Origin: Candidatus Campbellbacteria bacterium
Lineage (GTDB): Bacteria > Patescibacteriota > Minisyncoccia > Phycocordibacterales > JABAAK01
Assembly: GCA_028817035.1 (NCBI GenBank)
Contig: JAPPQH010000005.1
Coordinates: 1 to 63,499 of the forward strand
Length of the DNA: 63,499 bases
Reading direction: 5' to 3'
Shown here one piece after another: positions 44,591-53,050 of the stretch. How positions within the stretch are numbered: position 1 is the stretch's first letter; the number at the start of each line of letters is the position of its first letter. Below the pieces are notes generated by a model. That model was not told where the DNA came from. It searched no databases and saw only the letters and a program-made list of their open reading frames with translations. A program made the position numbers and the translations under genes.

Positions 44591-45247
44591 ATGATAATTA
44601 TAACACGGACCATCGCCTTCTTTGCAAAATTATTCAAAGAAACCGCAGATATAATAGCGCCACCCAAGAAAAACACTTTTATTTTGGAGAGTAAGAGTGG
44701 CAAGATTCTTGTGCCCAAACAAACGATAAGCATACACAACGGACACAGAGCACTCACCCACTATGACGACAAGAATATGAAATTGTTGCTACACGCCTTG
44801 AAATATGAAAAAAATTTGGCTGCTGCAGGGGCGTTGGGGCAGATTTTGCTTGATATTTTGTTGGAAGAAATAGCGGAGGCACAGATGTTTTTACCACCAG
44901 AATCCATTTTGGTAACGCACATACCCGCAGATCAGAGGAGGTTGAGAAAAAGAGGATACGACCACTTGGAACTCATCTCAAAAGAACTGGAGAAAAATGA
45001 TGTATCGGTTAAGGAATTGTTGCGCAAGATAAAAAGCACCGCAAGGCAGACAAAACTAACCGCGAAGGAGAGGAAGTCTAACCTTCGTGGCGCGTTTGAG
45101 GTCACGGAAAGTCTCGCAGGAAAATACATTATCGTTTTTGACGACATAACCACAACAGGAGCAACCCTAAACGAAGCGAGGAAAACACTAAAAAAGAGCG
45201 GCGCGAAAAAAGTCAGCACCATCGCCATCTGCCGCGCTGGGTTTTGA
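44591..45247 (+). CDS. comF: ComF family phosphoribosyltransferase-like protein (no N-terminal Cys cluster)
   Basis: IIVFDDITTTGATLNEA PRPP-binding motif. Divergent from pilM. Start uncertain. Confidence 0.75.
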   Translation: MIIITRTIAFFAKLFKETADIIAPPKKNTFILESKSGKILVPKQTISIHNGHRALTHYDDKNMKLLLHALKYEKNLAAAGALGQILLDILLEEIAEAQMFLPPESILVTHIPADQRRLRKRGYDHLELISKELEKNDVSVKELLRKIKSTARQTKLTAKERKSNLRGAFEVTESLAGKYIIVFDDITTTGATLNEARKTLKKSGAKKVSTIAICRAGF

Positions 45248-45320
45248 TAAAGCCCAAGATGTGGACACGAATGGATCACGCTGGAAGTTTTCCCACAAAT
45301 AATATAAAATGATATGGCAT

Positions 45321-45393
45321 GGTGTCTATGGTGTAATGGTTAGCACTCGGGCTTGTGGAGCCTGCAGTGAGGGTTCGAATCCCTTTAGACACC
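45321..45393 (+). tRNA. tRNA-His (anticodon GUG) with encoded G-1
   Basis: G-1 plus GTGTCTA acceptor, loop TTGTGGA, GAGGG-TTCGAAT-CCCTT T arm, discriminator C. Confidence 0.88.
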
Positions 45394-45609
45394 CTTGAAA
45401 TCAATTACAAATACCCTTGTGGTATTTGTAATTGGTTTTTGGTCTAAGCGGGAATTCTCACGGACGGGGTTGCAGGGGGTTTCCGAACCCCCTGCAGGGG
45501 TCAGCGAAACAAAACAATGTCTTTGTTTTGTTGAGCGCATAGGGGTGCACCCCTATGGCGCAGACAACACGAAGTGTTGTCGAGCAGTGAGTGTTCCCTT
45601 TAGACACCC
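45380..45609 (+). mobile_element. 200-bp hairpin train flanked by a 15-bp duplication of the tRNA-His 3' end
   Basis: TCCCTTTAGACACCC occurs at 45380-45394 and 45595-45609. The insert contains five consecutive hairpins: 45402-45434, 45471-45496, 45508-45532, 45535-45561 and 45563-45581. Confidence 0.6.
45402..45440 (+). terminator. Intrinsic terminator after tRNA-His
   Basis: CAATTACAAATACC-CTTGT-GGTATTTGTAATTG followed by GTTTTT. Confidence 0.75.
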
Positions 45610-45626
45610 CGATAAAACATATTTAA

Positions 45627-47048
45627 TTATTTCTTAATCACATTAAGAAATCTGTACTTGCCATATGAAAGAAATTGCCGAAGTCCTGGATATTCAATAG
45701 ATTCATATTTCCACCCTTTCTCAAAATCAACAAGGTATAAGCTACCGTGAAAACGTTTGGTAAAAACTAAGTATCTTAGTTTTCCATTTTCAAAAATTGG
45801 TTTTGAGTATTCTATATAATCTGGTATGTAATCCCCTCGCCATTCTCCATCAATTATCATTATGTTGTCATATAAGGAACGGCTGTCTGTCTTGAGTGGA
45901 TGTTTTGTTTTATAAGCATAATGGCCGTCTTCATATATACAAACTATTGTTTTATTATCACAAAATGGAAATGAGTTTATTGCATTTTCATCATATGAGA
46001 AAAATGATCTGATTACATTTATGGTAATATCGTCTACCTTCCCTCCATTTTTTACAAGGTCAGCATTGAGTTCAACTAGTCTAGATAATTTTCTTTTGTA
46101 GTCAAATTTTAAAAGATAAAAATCACCATCAACATAATCCAAATCAATAATATTTGTGTATTCATTATCGCCATATTTCAGATATCCCAAGCCTAGACCC
46201 TCAAGGTTATCATAATTTTCTTGTCGAAATATTCTAACAATAGTATTATTATCATCTAAAAAGAAGTCTGTCACTGGCAATTTTTCATGTACTACCACGG
46301 TCGTTCCGTCTGTTATATCATATATATAAAATTTTTGTCCTTCCTCCTTTTGATAAATCACTACGCCCTTGATTTTCTTAAATATGTAGTTAGTAAAAGA
46401 TGGTGCTGGTCGCAATCTATCTATTTTTTTGTCTGACAAGGGGACCCCCAAATATTCTGCTAGATAACGTTCTCCGACATCTATTTCTTTTATGTATTCT
46501 TTTGTACTCGCTATTTGTTTATTATTTAGGAAAAGCCCTCTTTCTTCACAGCCGTTTGTCCCAATAGAATCATAGTATTTGACTTTAACGCATTTCTCAT
46601 AAATTACATTTTCTTCATCATACCAAAACTCATTTGGTGAAGTTGTTGATACAAAATAATTTCCATTATGTTTTATACACCATGAATTCTCTATGTGGTT
46701 ACCATTTTCTGCTTTTTTGATTATCTCCTTACCACACCCTATATCACGACCTTCGCCAAAGCTATTAATTAATGAAATATATTCTTGAGAGTTTGGAATT
46801 GGTAATAAATTTGTCCACCCCTCTTCGCTTTCACCCACAACCTCGCTATTTATATTTACTTGATTATAGACTGCATCACCACCCTCCACACCAAGCAAAA
46901 CACCATATTTACTAAAAAATTCTATTCGTGGCACAAGAAAGAAAATAAAGACAAAAACTAGCAATAAAAGTATTAGAAGTGTTTTTAATACTGACTTCTT
47001 ATTTTTATTGATATTTTGAAGTATTCCCTTGATGTTCATCTTTGACAT
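45627..47048 (-). CDS. Hypothetical membrane-anchored protein (473 aa), very AT-rich
   Basis: N-terminal TM after a Lys-rich segment. The Y/W/G-rich repetitive beta-like sequence has no firm family assignment. Confidence 0.6.
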   Translation of the reverse strand: MSKMNIKGILQNINKNKKSVLKTLLILLLLVFVFIFFLVPRIEFFSKYGVLLGVEGGDAVYNQVNINSEVVGESEEGWTNLLPIPNSQEYISLINSFGEGRDIGCGKEIIKKAENGNHIENSWCIKHNGNYFVSTTSPNEFWYDEENVIYEKCVKVKYYDSIGTNGCEERGLFLNNKQIASTKEYIKEIDVGERYLAEYLGVPLSDKKIDRLRPAPSFTNYIFKKIKGVVIYQKEEGQKFYIYDITDGTTVVVHEKLPVTDFFLDDNNTIVRIFRQENYDNLEGLGLGYLKYGDNEYTNIIDLDYVDGDFYLLKFDYKRKLSRLVELNADLVKNGGKVDDITINVIRSFFSYDENAINSFPFCDNKTIVCIYEDGHYAYKTKHPLKTDSRSLYDNIMIIDGEWRGDYIPDYIEYSKPIFENGKLRYLVFTKRFHGSLYLVDFEKGWKYESIEYPGLRQFLSYGKYRFLNVIKK

Positions 47049-47231
47049 GGTCTATTTATCCCACCCACTAAACAACAAAAGCAGTATATCACACACCCAA
47101 TTTTTCTGAAATTTAACAAGCATCTAATGAAACAAGTCCTGTTTTTAAGTGATTTTGTTGGAAAACTTGCAATATATCACTTCTCCCCAATCTCTCACAC
47201 CAAATAAAAATAAATTATTCCCTGTTATTTT

Positions 47232-47417
47232 CTATAGCCTGTGTTCTTCAACAACACAGATTGGGTAGCCACCAGGGTTTGACCCTCCGCCAAGGTCAAG
47301 ACAAATGTCAAAATATATTGCCTTGTGCCACTCCATTCCGAGCCAAAAAGCCAATACCAGACCAAGAAAAATTAAAACCGTGGAAATAAGAGTTTTATGT
47401 TTTTCCCAAACACTCAT
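47232..47417 (-). CDS. Small membrane protein (61 aa)
   Basis: One TM and a Cys pair. TAGAAT lies 5 nt upstream of the ATG. Confidence 0.4.
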   Translation of the reverse strand: MSVWEKHKTLISTVLIFLGLVLAFWLGMEWHKAIYFDICLDLGGGSNPGGYPICVVEEHRL

Positions 47418-47525
47418 ACTTTATTCTACCACGCACCGCCCTGCCCTGCAACCGAGAAAATTGGGTCAAAAGAAAAATGATGGCGTGTGGGAAAAAACTA
47501 CCCCCTAAAAATCTGCTAAAGATTC

Positions 47526-47798
47526 TTAGGGGGTGGTGGGGTTGGAAGTTTCAAAGGTGATGCCAAACATTTCTTCAAGGCATTGTTTGGCATTGAAAAG
47601 CGTGCTTGCGCTAAAGGTTTGGGTTGGCTTTCCGTCATTCCCCACAATCACCACCTCAAAACTATTTCCCTTTTTGAAAATATCAGCAAACTTTTTCTCT
47701 TCTTTCGATCCGTCAGTTTTACAGAGATAAACAACCCATTCGGGACAATCCCCATAAATACCAAGTCGTCCTTCAGAATCCACGATGGCGACCTCCAT
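47526..47798 (-). CDS. Hypothetical small protein (90 aa)
   Basis: Uninterrupted ORF with plausible composition and no motif. Confidence 0.45.
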   Translation of the reverse strand: MEVAIVDSEGRLGIYGDCPEWVVYLCKTDGSKEEKKFADIFKKGNSFEVVIVGNDGKPTQTFSASTLFNAKQCLEEMFGITFETSNPTTP

Positions 47799-47917
47799 AT
47801 TATTTGTTAAAAGGACATGAACCGACTGGCTCAGAACTAATTTAATTATACCTCAAAAAGGGTCGCAGAGTGTGGAGGCGAGCGACAATAAAAAGTCGCC
47901 ACCTCGGTGGCGGAACT

Positions 47918-48004
47918 TGGTGCTCAGGAGAGGACTTGAACCTCCACGGGATTGCTCCCACACGCCCCTCAAGCGTGCGCGTCTACCAGTTCCGCCACCT
48001 GAGC
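47918..48004 (-). tRNA. tRNA-Leu (anticodon GAG) with genomically encoded CCA
   Basis: GCTCAGG acceptor, CACGC-TTGAGGG-GCGTG anticodon arm, long variable arm, then ACCA at the 3' end. It is the only tRNA in the window with encoded CCA. A terminator hairpin GCCACC-GA-GGTGGC follows. Confidence 0.88.
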
Positions 48005-48280
48005 ATATAGATATATCTTATATCATTTTGGGAATTTTGAGAAATGGGGTGGAAGCAAGCGAAATAGGTTGTAAAGGCATAAGTCCGACCGCAACGAGCC
48101 TGCGAGTTGCGTCAAGCGAGGCGGTGAAACTGCCGAGCGATAATAAAAAGTCGCCACCTGAGCATATAGATATATTCTATATCATTTTTCTAATCTATGT
48201 ACTCCAGCCCTCAAGCGTGCGCGTCTACCCAGCGAGCCTGCGAGTTGCGTCAAGCGAACGGAGTGGGCGACTAAAATATA
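48005..48280. repeat. Mosaic of tRNA-Leu(GAG) gene fragments interleaved with repeat copies R4 and R4b
   Basis: The 5' acceptor plus upstream region (47994-48030) is re-found at 48153-48190. The D/anticodon segment (47965-47987) is re-found at 48205-48229. R4 lies at 48094-48150 and R4b at 48231-48275. Confidence 0.7.
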
Positions 48281-48540
48281 TACTCTATTCCTTGCAATAG
48301 GTAAAAACTTACATACGGAACAAACAAGACAAAGAGGATAATCAGAAGCACATTATACACTTGTTTATCAAGGTAGCCAGCCAACCAACGATACAAATAG
48401 ACGGCAACGATACCGGCTATCACAACAGAAAGCATGGCTAATGCCCAATGTGAGTAAGTCGCAACAGGAGCACTTATCACATAAATTATGGTGACTATTG
48501 CTATTACAACGGTTCCTGTTTTTGGGTTGATATTATTCAT
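48271..48540 (-). CDS. Small membrane protein (89 aa)
   Basis: Three hydrophobic helices. Lies inside the 26-bp-repeat-flanked segment. Confidence 0.45.
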   Translation of the reverse strand: MNNINPKTGTVVIAIVTIIYVISAPVATYSHWALAMLSVVIAGIVAVYLYRWLAGYLDKQVYNVLLIILFVLFVPYVSFYLLQGIEYIF

Positions 48541-48603
48541 ACAAATTATAGATTATCATTCTGAAAATGCACTATATAATTATTTGACTATATCAGAACT
48601 AAT

Positions 48604-48846
48604 TTAATTATACCTCAATTTTATAAGGGTAACAATCGCAATGGTTCCCCACACGATTTCAAGCGTAAAAGATGGGAATGCTTCTCTATGAAAAGCGTTT
48701 ATTCCAATACCAATCGCACCAACTAAATTCATAAGTTGATAGACACTTTTATCAGATTGGACTTTTTTAGAAGAAACAAGATAATACGCTAATAGGATTA
48801 AAAATGCTCCAATCCATCCAACTATGTCTACCCAGAGCTCAATCAT
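48604..48846 (-). CDS. Small membrane protein (80 aa)
   Basis: Three TM helices. Its last 5 codons plus 11 nt downstream form one copy of the 26-bp direct repeat. Confidence 0.5.
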   Translation of the reverse strand: MIELWVDIVGWIGAFLILLAYYLVSSKKVQSDKSVYQLMNLVGAIGIGINAFHREAFPSFTLEIVWGTIAIVTLIKLRYN

Positions 48847-48870
48847 GCTGTTCTTTGCTGACTTTCATGT

Positions 48871-49494
48871 TTATTTATTCTCCTCTTGTTTCACTTCTTC
48901 TTTCTCTTCCTGTTTTACCTCTTCCTTTGTTTCCTGTTTTACTTCTGTGCTCTGCTCCACTTTTTGCTCTTCCGTTTTCGCTTCTGCTTCTGCCTCTGCT
49001 TTTTTCACTTCCTCTTCTTTTTGTTTTGCAGCTTCTGCCTCTGCTGCTTCCTGCTTTGCTTTCGCTTCTTCTTCCTGTTTCGCTTTTTGGGCTGCGTTTT
49101 TCTTTATCTCCTCTTCACTGCTTGTTGCTTCATTAATATTCTCTGAACGGCGCAATTTTTGACGAATCACCTTAGGTGATTTTTCTCTTACAAAATAAAG
49201 TTTTGAGTGTCGGACTTTTGCACGCCGAACAATTTCTATTTTATCTATCATTGGAGAGTAAAGCGGAAAAACCTTTTCAACACCAAAGGCATCATTGATA
49301 CGCCTGACTGTAAAAGTTGCACCTGATTCTTTTCCGTGCTTTCTGGCGATAACCAGACCCTCAAAGACCTGTATGCGTATGCGATCTTTTTCTGGAACTC
49401 TCTGATGAACGCGCACAGTGTCGCCCGCCCGCAAAGAAAGGCTGCGGCGGCTTTCAATATCAACTGGAGAATGGACTACACTTGAAAATTTCAT
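48871..49494 (-). CDS. rplS: 50S ribosomal protein L19 with an E/K/A-rich C-terminal extension of about 90 aa
   Basis: RAGDTVRVHQRV...IQVFEGLVIARKHG...FTVRR...VEKVFPLYSP core. TATTAT lies 7 nt upstream of the ATG at 49494. Confidence 0.88.
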   Translation of the reverse strand: MKFSSVVHSPVDIESRRSLSLRAGDTVRVHQRVPEKDRIRIQVFEGLVIARKHGKESGATFTVRRINDAFGVEKVFPLYSPMIDKIEIVRRAKVRHSKLYFVREKSPKVIRQKLRRSENINEATSSEEEIKKNAAQKAKQEEEAKAKQEAAEAEAAKQKEEEVKKAEAEAEAKTEEQKVEQSTEVKQETKEEVKQEEKEEVKQEENK

Positions 49495-49542
49495 ATTAAG
49501 AATAATAGCACAAACAGATATTTTTGAAAAGGGCAAGAAATC

Positions 49543-50268
49543 TTACAAAACATTAAGCGCTTTTTCAAAATCTTTTGGTGTAGGTGCCTTAAATGTGGTG
49601 GGTTCGGCGCTTGAGGACGGCAGACGAACAGTTATTGAGTGGGCGTGAAGTGCGAGACGGTCAAATCCCAAGATGCAGTCAAGCCCAGAGGCATATCTTT
49701 TGTCACAAACTATGGGGTGACCGATTGACTTCATATGAACCCTTATCTGATGAGTCCGACCTGTTTTTGGAAACAAAGAGATAAATGACGCTTCTTTTGA
49801 TGCAGACAAGACAACATATTCCGTTATCGCTTCACGCCCACTCTCACTTGCCCGTGCAACTGTTTTTTTTCTTATATCTTTTTTGTCTGTGATGATGTCA
49901 CGCGAAACAGTCCCTCGTTGTTTTTTAACATTTCCATATACAAATGCTTGATATTCTTTTTTCACTTCCCTGCTCTGAAACTGCCGTTTCAAAAACATAA
50001 AACATTCTCTTGTCTTTGCTATCACGAGGACACCCGATGTCTCACGGTCAAGACGATGGACTATCCCTGGTCGTAAAATTTCTTTTCCTTCTTTTGTAAT
50101 GAATGGTTCGCCCACTTCAATAATATCGGGATACTTATCAAGAACCCAATCAGCGATGGTCTCTTCATCAGACGCTCTGCCCTTGTGCACCAAACAATGC
50201 GCGGGCTTGTTTATCACAACCACATCCTTATCTTCGTGGAGAATTATGAAATCTGACTTTTTGTCCAT
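49543..50268 (-). CDS. RluA-family pseudouridine synthase
   Basis: HRLDRETSGVLVIAK catalytic Asp motif. No S4 domain. Confidence 0.85.
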   Translation of the reverse strand: MDKKSDFIILHEDKDVVVINKPAHCLVHKGRASDEETIADWVLDKYPDIIEVGEPFITKEGKEILRPGIVHRLDRETSGVLVIAKTRECFMFLKRQFQSREVKKEYQAFVYGNVKKQRGTVSRDIITDKKDIRKKTVARASESGREAITEYVVLSASKEASFISLFPKTGRTHQIRVHMKSIGHPIVCDKRYASGLDCILGFDRLALHAHSITVRLPSSSAEPTTFKAPTPKDFEKALNVL

Positions 50269-50280
50269 TTAATTTTTATG

Positions 50281-50355
50281 TGGGCGATGGAGGGTTCGAA
50301 CCTCCGACCTTTCGGGTGTAAACCGAATGCTCTAAACCAACTGAGCTAATCGCCC
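50281..50355 (-). tRNA. tRNA-Val (anticodon UAC)
   Basis: GGGCGAT acceptor, TTCGG-TTTACAC-CCGAA anticodon arm, GGAGG-TTCGAAC-CCTCC T arm. Confidence 0.9.
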
Positions 50356-50410
50356 CCATGGGTGTTTACCATTATAACCAAATTTATCAGAATTTTTCAC
50401 TATAGGCAAC

Positions 50411-50439
50411 TTAAACCCCCGATGAAATCGGGGGTTTAA
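50411..50439. other. 13-bp hairpin with GAA triloop
   Basis: TTAAACCCCCGAT-GAA-ATCGGGGGTTTAA, with no adjacent U run. Confidence 0.6.
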
Positions 50440-50469
50440 CCATACTTACTTACAAAATTTCCAAAAAAT

Positions 50470-51444
50470 TTAAGGAAGTATATCTCTTGTTGTGAATACA
50501 GTATCGCCCAACAAACCTAATTCTTTATAGGTATCAATGGTTTCCTGCCATCCCCTTTCATTTTGATCTCCGTAGTTGCCGTCAATCAACTTATCACACA
50601 CACGCTCCCAACTATTAGCAACATAATTTGGGTCTTTCTCTGGAAATTCTTCTAAGAATGAAGCGACTGCGTCATCTTTATTCCGACATCCATCCCTGTA
50701 AGCACGCACTACTGCTCTTGACACATCTCTTATGAGTTCTTGCTCTGTTTCATAAGCGCTCCTTGATGTTACGATGTTTAGACCATATCCAGTAACACCA
50801 TATTCAGCCAACAAAATCTCATATACTTCATTATCAAGCGCGAGCTGCACCGGACTTAACTCGGTGTAGTTCAAAGAAGCATCTATCGTGTCAGATAGAA
50901 CTAAGGGAATGTCTGCACCAGTAAGTGAGACAATCTCAACATCATCATCATTAATGCCGTTGATTTTCATAAATGCCTTCAGTTCGTCCTTTGTTATGCT
51001 GTTTGGATAAACCCCAATTCTTTTTCCTTTCAAGTCTTCAGGTGCTTCTATACCCTTTGATCCCAAACCAAACAAGGTCGTTGGTATTTTCGGATATAAA
51101 ACACCGAGCGAAACAATCTCTGCGCCGTTGCTGTTTGCTATGACTGTTGCACCGCCAGATGCCGTCCCTATTTTGTATTTACCAGCAGCAACCGAAGAGG
51201 TAACATTGTGAGCACCCCATGAGGTTATGATGTCAACATCAAGTCCCAATCTCTCAAATAAACCGCTTGAACGGGCATAATAAACGCCAAGGTAGGTTGG
51301 TTCTGCCTGCCAGTCAATAATGAACTCAAACGGTGTGAGCTGTGCGCTACCAACATTTTCATCGTCAGAAGAATTTCTAAACCCATATACCACTACTATG
51401 AGTATTATCACCAACAAAACAAGTAATAATATTTTTCCTTTCAT
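50470..51444 (-). CDS. ABC transporter substrate-binding protein (NMT1/THI5, NitT/TauT family)
   Basis: N-terminal TM/signal and an SsuA/THI5-like fold pattern. Adjacent to the matching permease and ATPase. Confidence 0.75.
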   Translation of the reverse strand: MKGKILLLVLLVIILIVVVYGFRNSSDDENVGSAQLTPFEFIIDWQAEPTYLGVYYARSSGLFERLGLDVDIITSWGAHNVTSSVAAGKYKIGTASGGATVIANSNGAEIVSLGVLYPKIPTTLFGLGSKGIEAPEDLKGKRIGVYPNSITKDELKAFMKINGINDDDVEIVSLTGADIPLVLSDTIDASLNYTELSPVQLALDNEVYEILLAEYGVTGYGLNIVTSRSAYETEQELIRDVSRAVVRAYRDGCRNKDDAVASFLEEFPEKDPNYVANSWERVCDKLIDGNYGDQNERGWQETIDTYKELGLLGDTVFTTRDILP

Positions 51445-51470
51445 AATTTAATGTTTTTAATGTCTATTAA

Positions 51471-51486
51471 TATATATATATATATA
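51471..51486. repeat. (TA)8 microsatellite inside a 24-nt palindrome (51467-51490)
   Basis: TTAA(TA)8TTAA lies 27-46 nt upstream of the substrate-binding protein ATG. Confidence 0.8.
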
Positions 51487-51515
51487 TTAAAATGCTAAGA
51501 ATATCAAGTAGCCCA

Positions 51516-52286
51516 TTACTGCTCGTGTCTAAAGCGTTTTAACACCACTTCCTGTAAAAACTTTATAAAAGTCAATAAAATCAAGCCTATAAAGGAAAGA
51601 ATAACAAGAGAGGCAAAAGTTCTATCTAAGCGAAAATCAGAACCAGATGAGATGATCACATGACCAAGACCTGTGCCTCCACCGAAAAACTCAGCGAGAA
51701 TTGCCGCTATGAGAGCAAAAGGTGCGATTATTTTTAATGAGCCAGCAATATTGTAGATTGAATTAGGTATGCGACAATATAAAAATTCTTGCCATTTGGT
51801 GAAGCCGTGATTTCTCATAAGCTCAATATAATCTTGACGAGTATTTAATAAGTTCGTCATAACAATTATTACAAACGGAAAAAACGGAAGTAAGAACGCG
51901 TTTATAATCTTTGATATACTTCCAAACCCAAACCAAACAATAAACAACGGAATGAGTGATTCTCTTGGGAAACTTTGGAATATGACTATATAAGGCTCAA
52001 ATATATAAAGCAAAATCTTTGAATACGCAATTAAAAATCCAGTTATGGTTCCAGCCACTATGCCAATCAATCCTCCCACTCCAGCGTGGAACAATGTTTC
52101 AAGCGTTGGCTGAACAAAAAATTCTCTTTCATTCCACAGGGTTGAAAAAACATCAAGCGGTGCAGGGAGAATAAATTTAGGAAAATCCCAAATTATTATT
52201 ACCAACTGCCAAACTGCCAGTAATAAGAGTACCGATATTGTGTAGTGGATTATGCTTTTTAATATATAAAATAATTTCATAATCAT
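51516..52286 (-). CDS. ABC transporter permease (NitT/TauT family)
   Basis: 256 aa, 6 TM, BPD_transp_1-like EAA region. Confidence 0.8.
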   Translation of the reverse strand: MIMKLFYILKSIIHYTISVLLLLAVWQLVIIIWDFPKFILPAPLDVFSTLWNEREFFVQPTLETLFHAGVGGLIGIVAGTITGFLIAYSKILLYIFEPYIVIFQSFPRESLIPLFIVWFGFGSISKIINAFLLPFFPFVIIVMTNLLNTRQDYIELMRNHGFTKWQEFLYCRIPNSIYNIAGSLKIIAPFALIAAILAEFFGGGTGLGHVIISSGSDFRLDRTFASLVILSFIGLILLTFIKFLQEVVLKRFRHEQ

Positions 52287-52975
52287 TCTTCTAATATGCT
52301 ACTTTTAATCTGTTCTACAGAGTCGCTTTCGTCTGATTGAACAATACGACGAATACGAGATGGTTTGTTTTTACCTAATACAACAGATCGTTTGGAATAC
52401 AAGGTGGCATCATATAGGTCGTGCGTAACAAACAAGACCACTGCGCTGTGTGATTCTGCAAATTTGAAAAGTTTTGTTGCTATTTCATCTTTTACTCGCC
52501 AATCAAGCCCATTAAATGGCTCATCCAACGACAAAATCTTTGGCTCGTTTATCACTGACTGTGATATTGAGGCACGACATCTCTCCCCACCAGAGAGTTC
52601 GTGTGGGTATTTGTCTTTGATGTGGTAGGCAGAAAATTCATTTAGTATATGGTTGATGTCAATTGACTTTATGCCACAGAGTTTAACCACGAGAGATAGG
52701 TTTTGCTCAACAGTGAGCCAGTGTAAAAGCGGAAAGTTTTGTAGCGTTCGTGATGTGTTTTTGTTCAGCCACTCTTTAGTCCGAGCTTCACCATCAACAA
52801 ACAACTCACCCTCAAGGATGGGCGTTGTCCCAGATATTGTTTTAAGTATTGTTGTTTTGCCACACCCCGATGGTCCAATTATAGAAACTACTTCTTTTTG
52901 GTTTGCTTCAAAATTAATAGGTTTGGTGACGGGCTTGCCTGCATATCCAAAAACACCATCTTTTATTTTTAACAT
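52283..52975 (-). CDS. ABC transporter ATP-binding protein
   Basis: GPSGCGKTT, LSGGERCR, ILSLDEPF. Confidence 0.88.
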   Translation of the reverse strand: MLKIKDGVFGYAGKPVTKPINFEANQKEVVSIIGPSGCGKTTILKTISGTTPILEGELFVDGEARTKEWLNKNTSRTLQNFPLLHWLTVEQNLSLVVKLCGIKSIDINHILNEFSAYHIKDKYPHELSGGERCRASISQSVINEPKILSLDEPFNGLDWRVKDEIATKLFKFAESHSAVVLFVTHDLYDATLYSKRSVVLGKNKPSRIRRIVQSDESDSVEQIKSSILEE

Positions 52976-53020
52976 AAGCTTTATCTTATATTTTTTATTG
53001 TATCACAAAGATGGGTGAGA

Positions 53021-53042
53021 TTGGATGGGATTTGGATGGGAT
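53021..53042. promoter_or_regulatory. Perfect tandem 11-bp repeat upstream of the ABC operon promoter
   Basis: TTGGATGGGAT x2 (ATCCCATCCAA x2 on the minus strand) at the -35 position relative to TGtGATACAAT (-10 at 52997-53002). Confidence 0.4.
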
Positions 53043-53050
53043 AATGAGCC

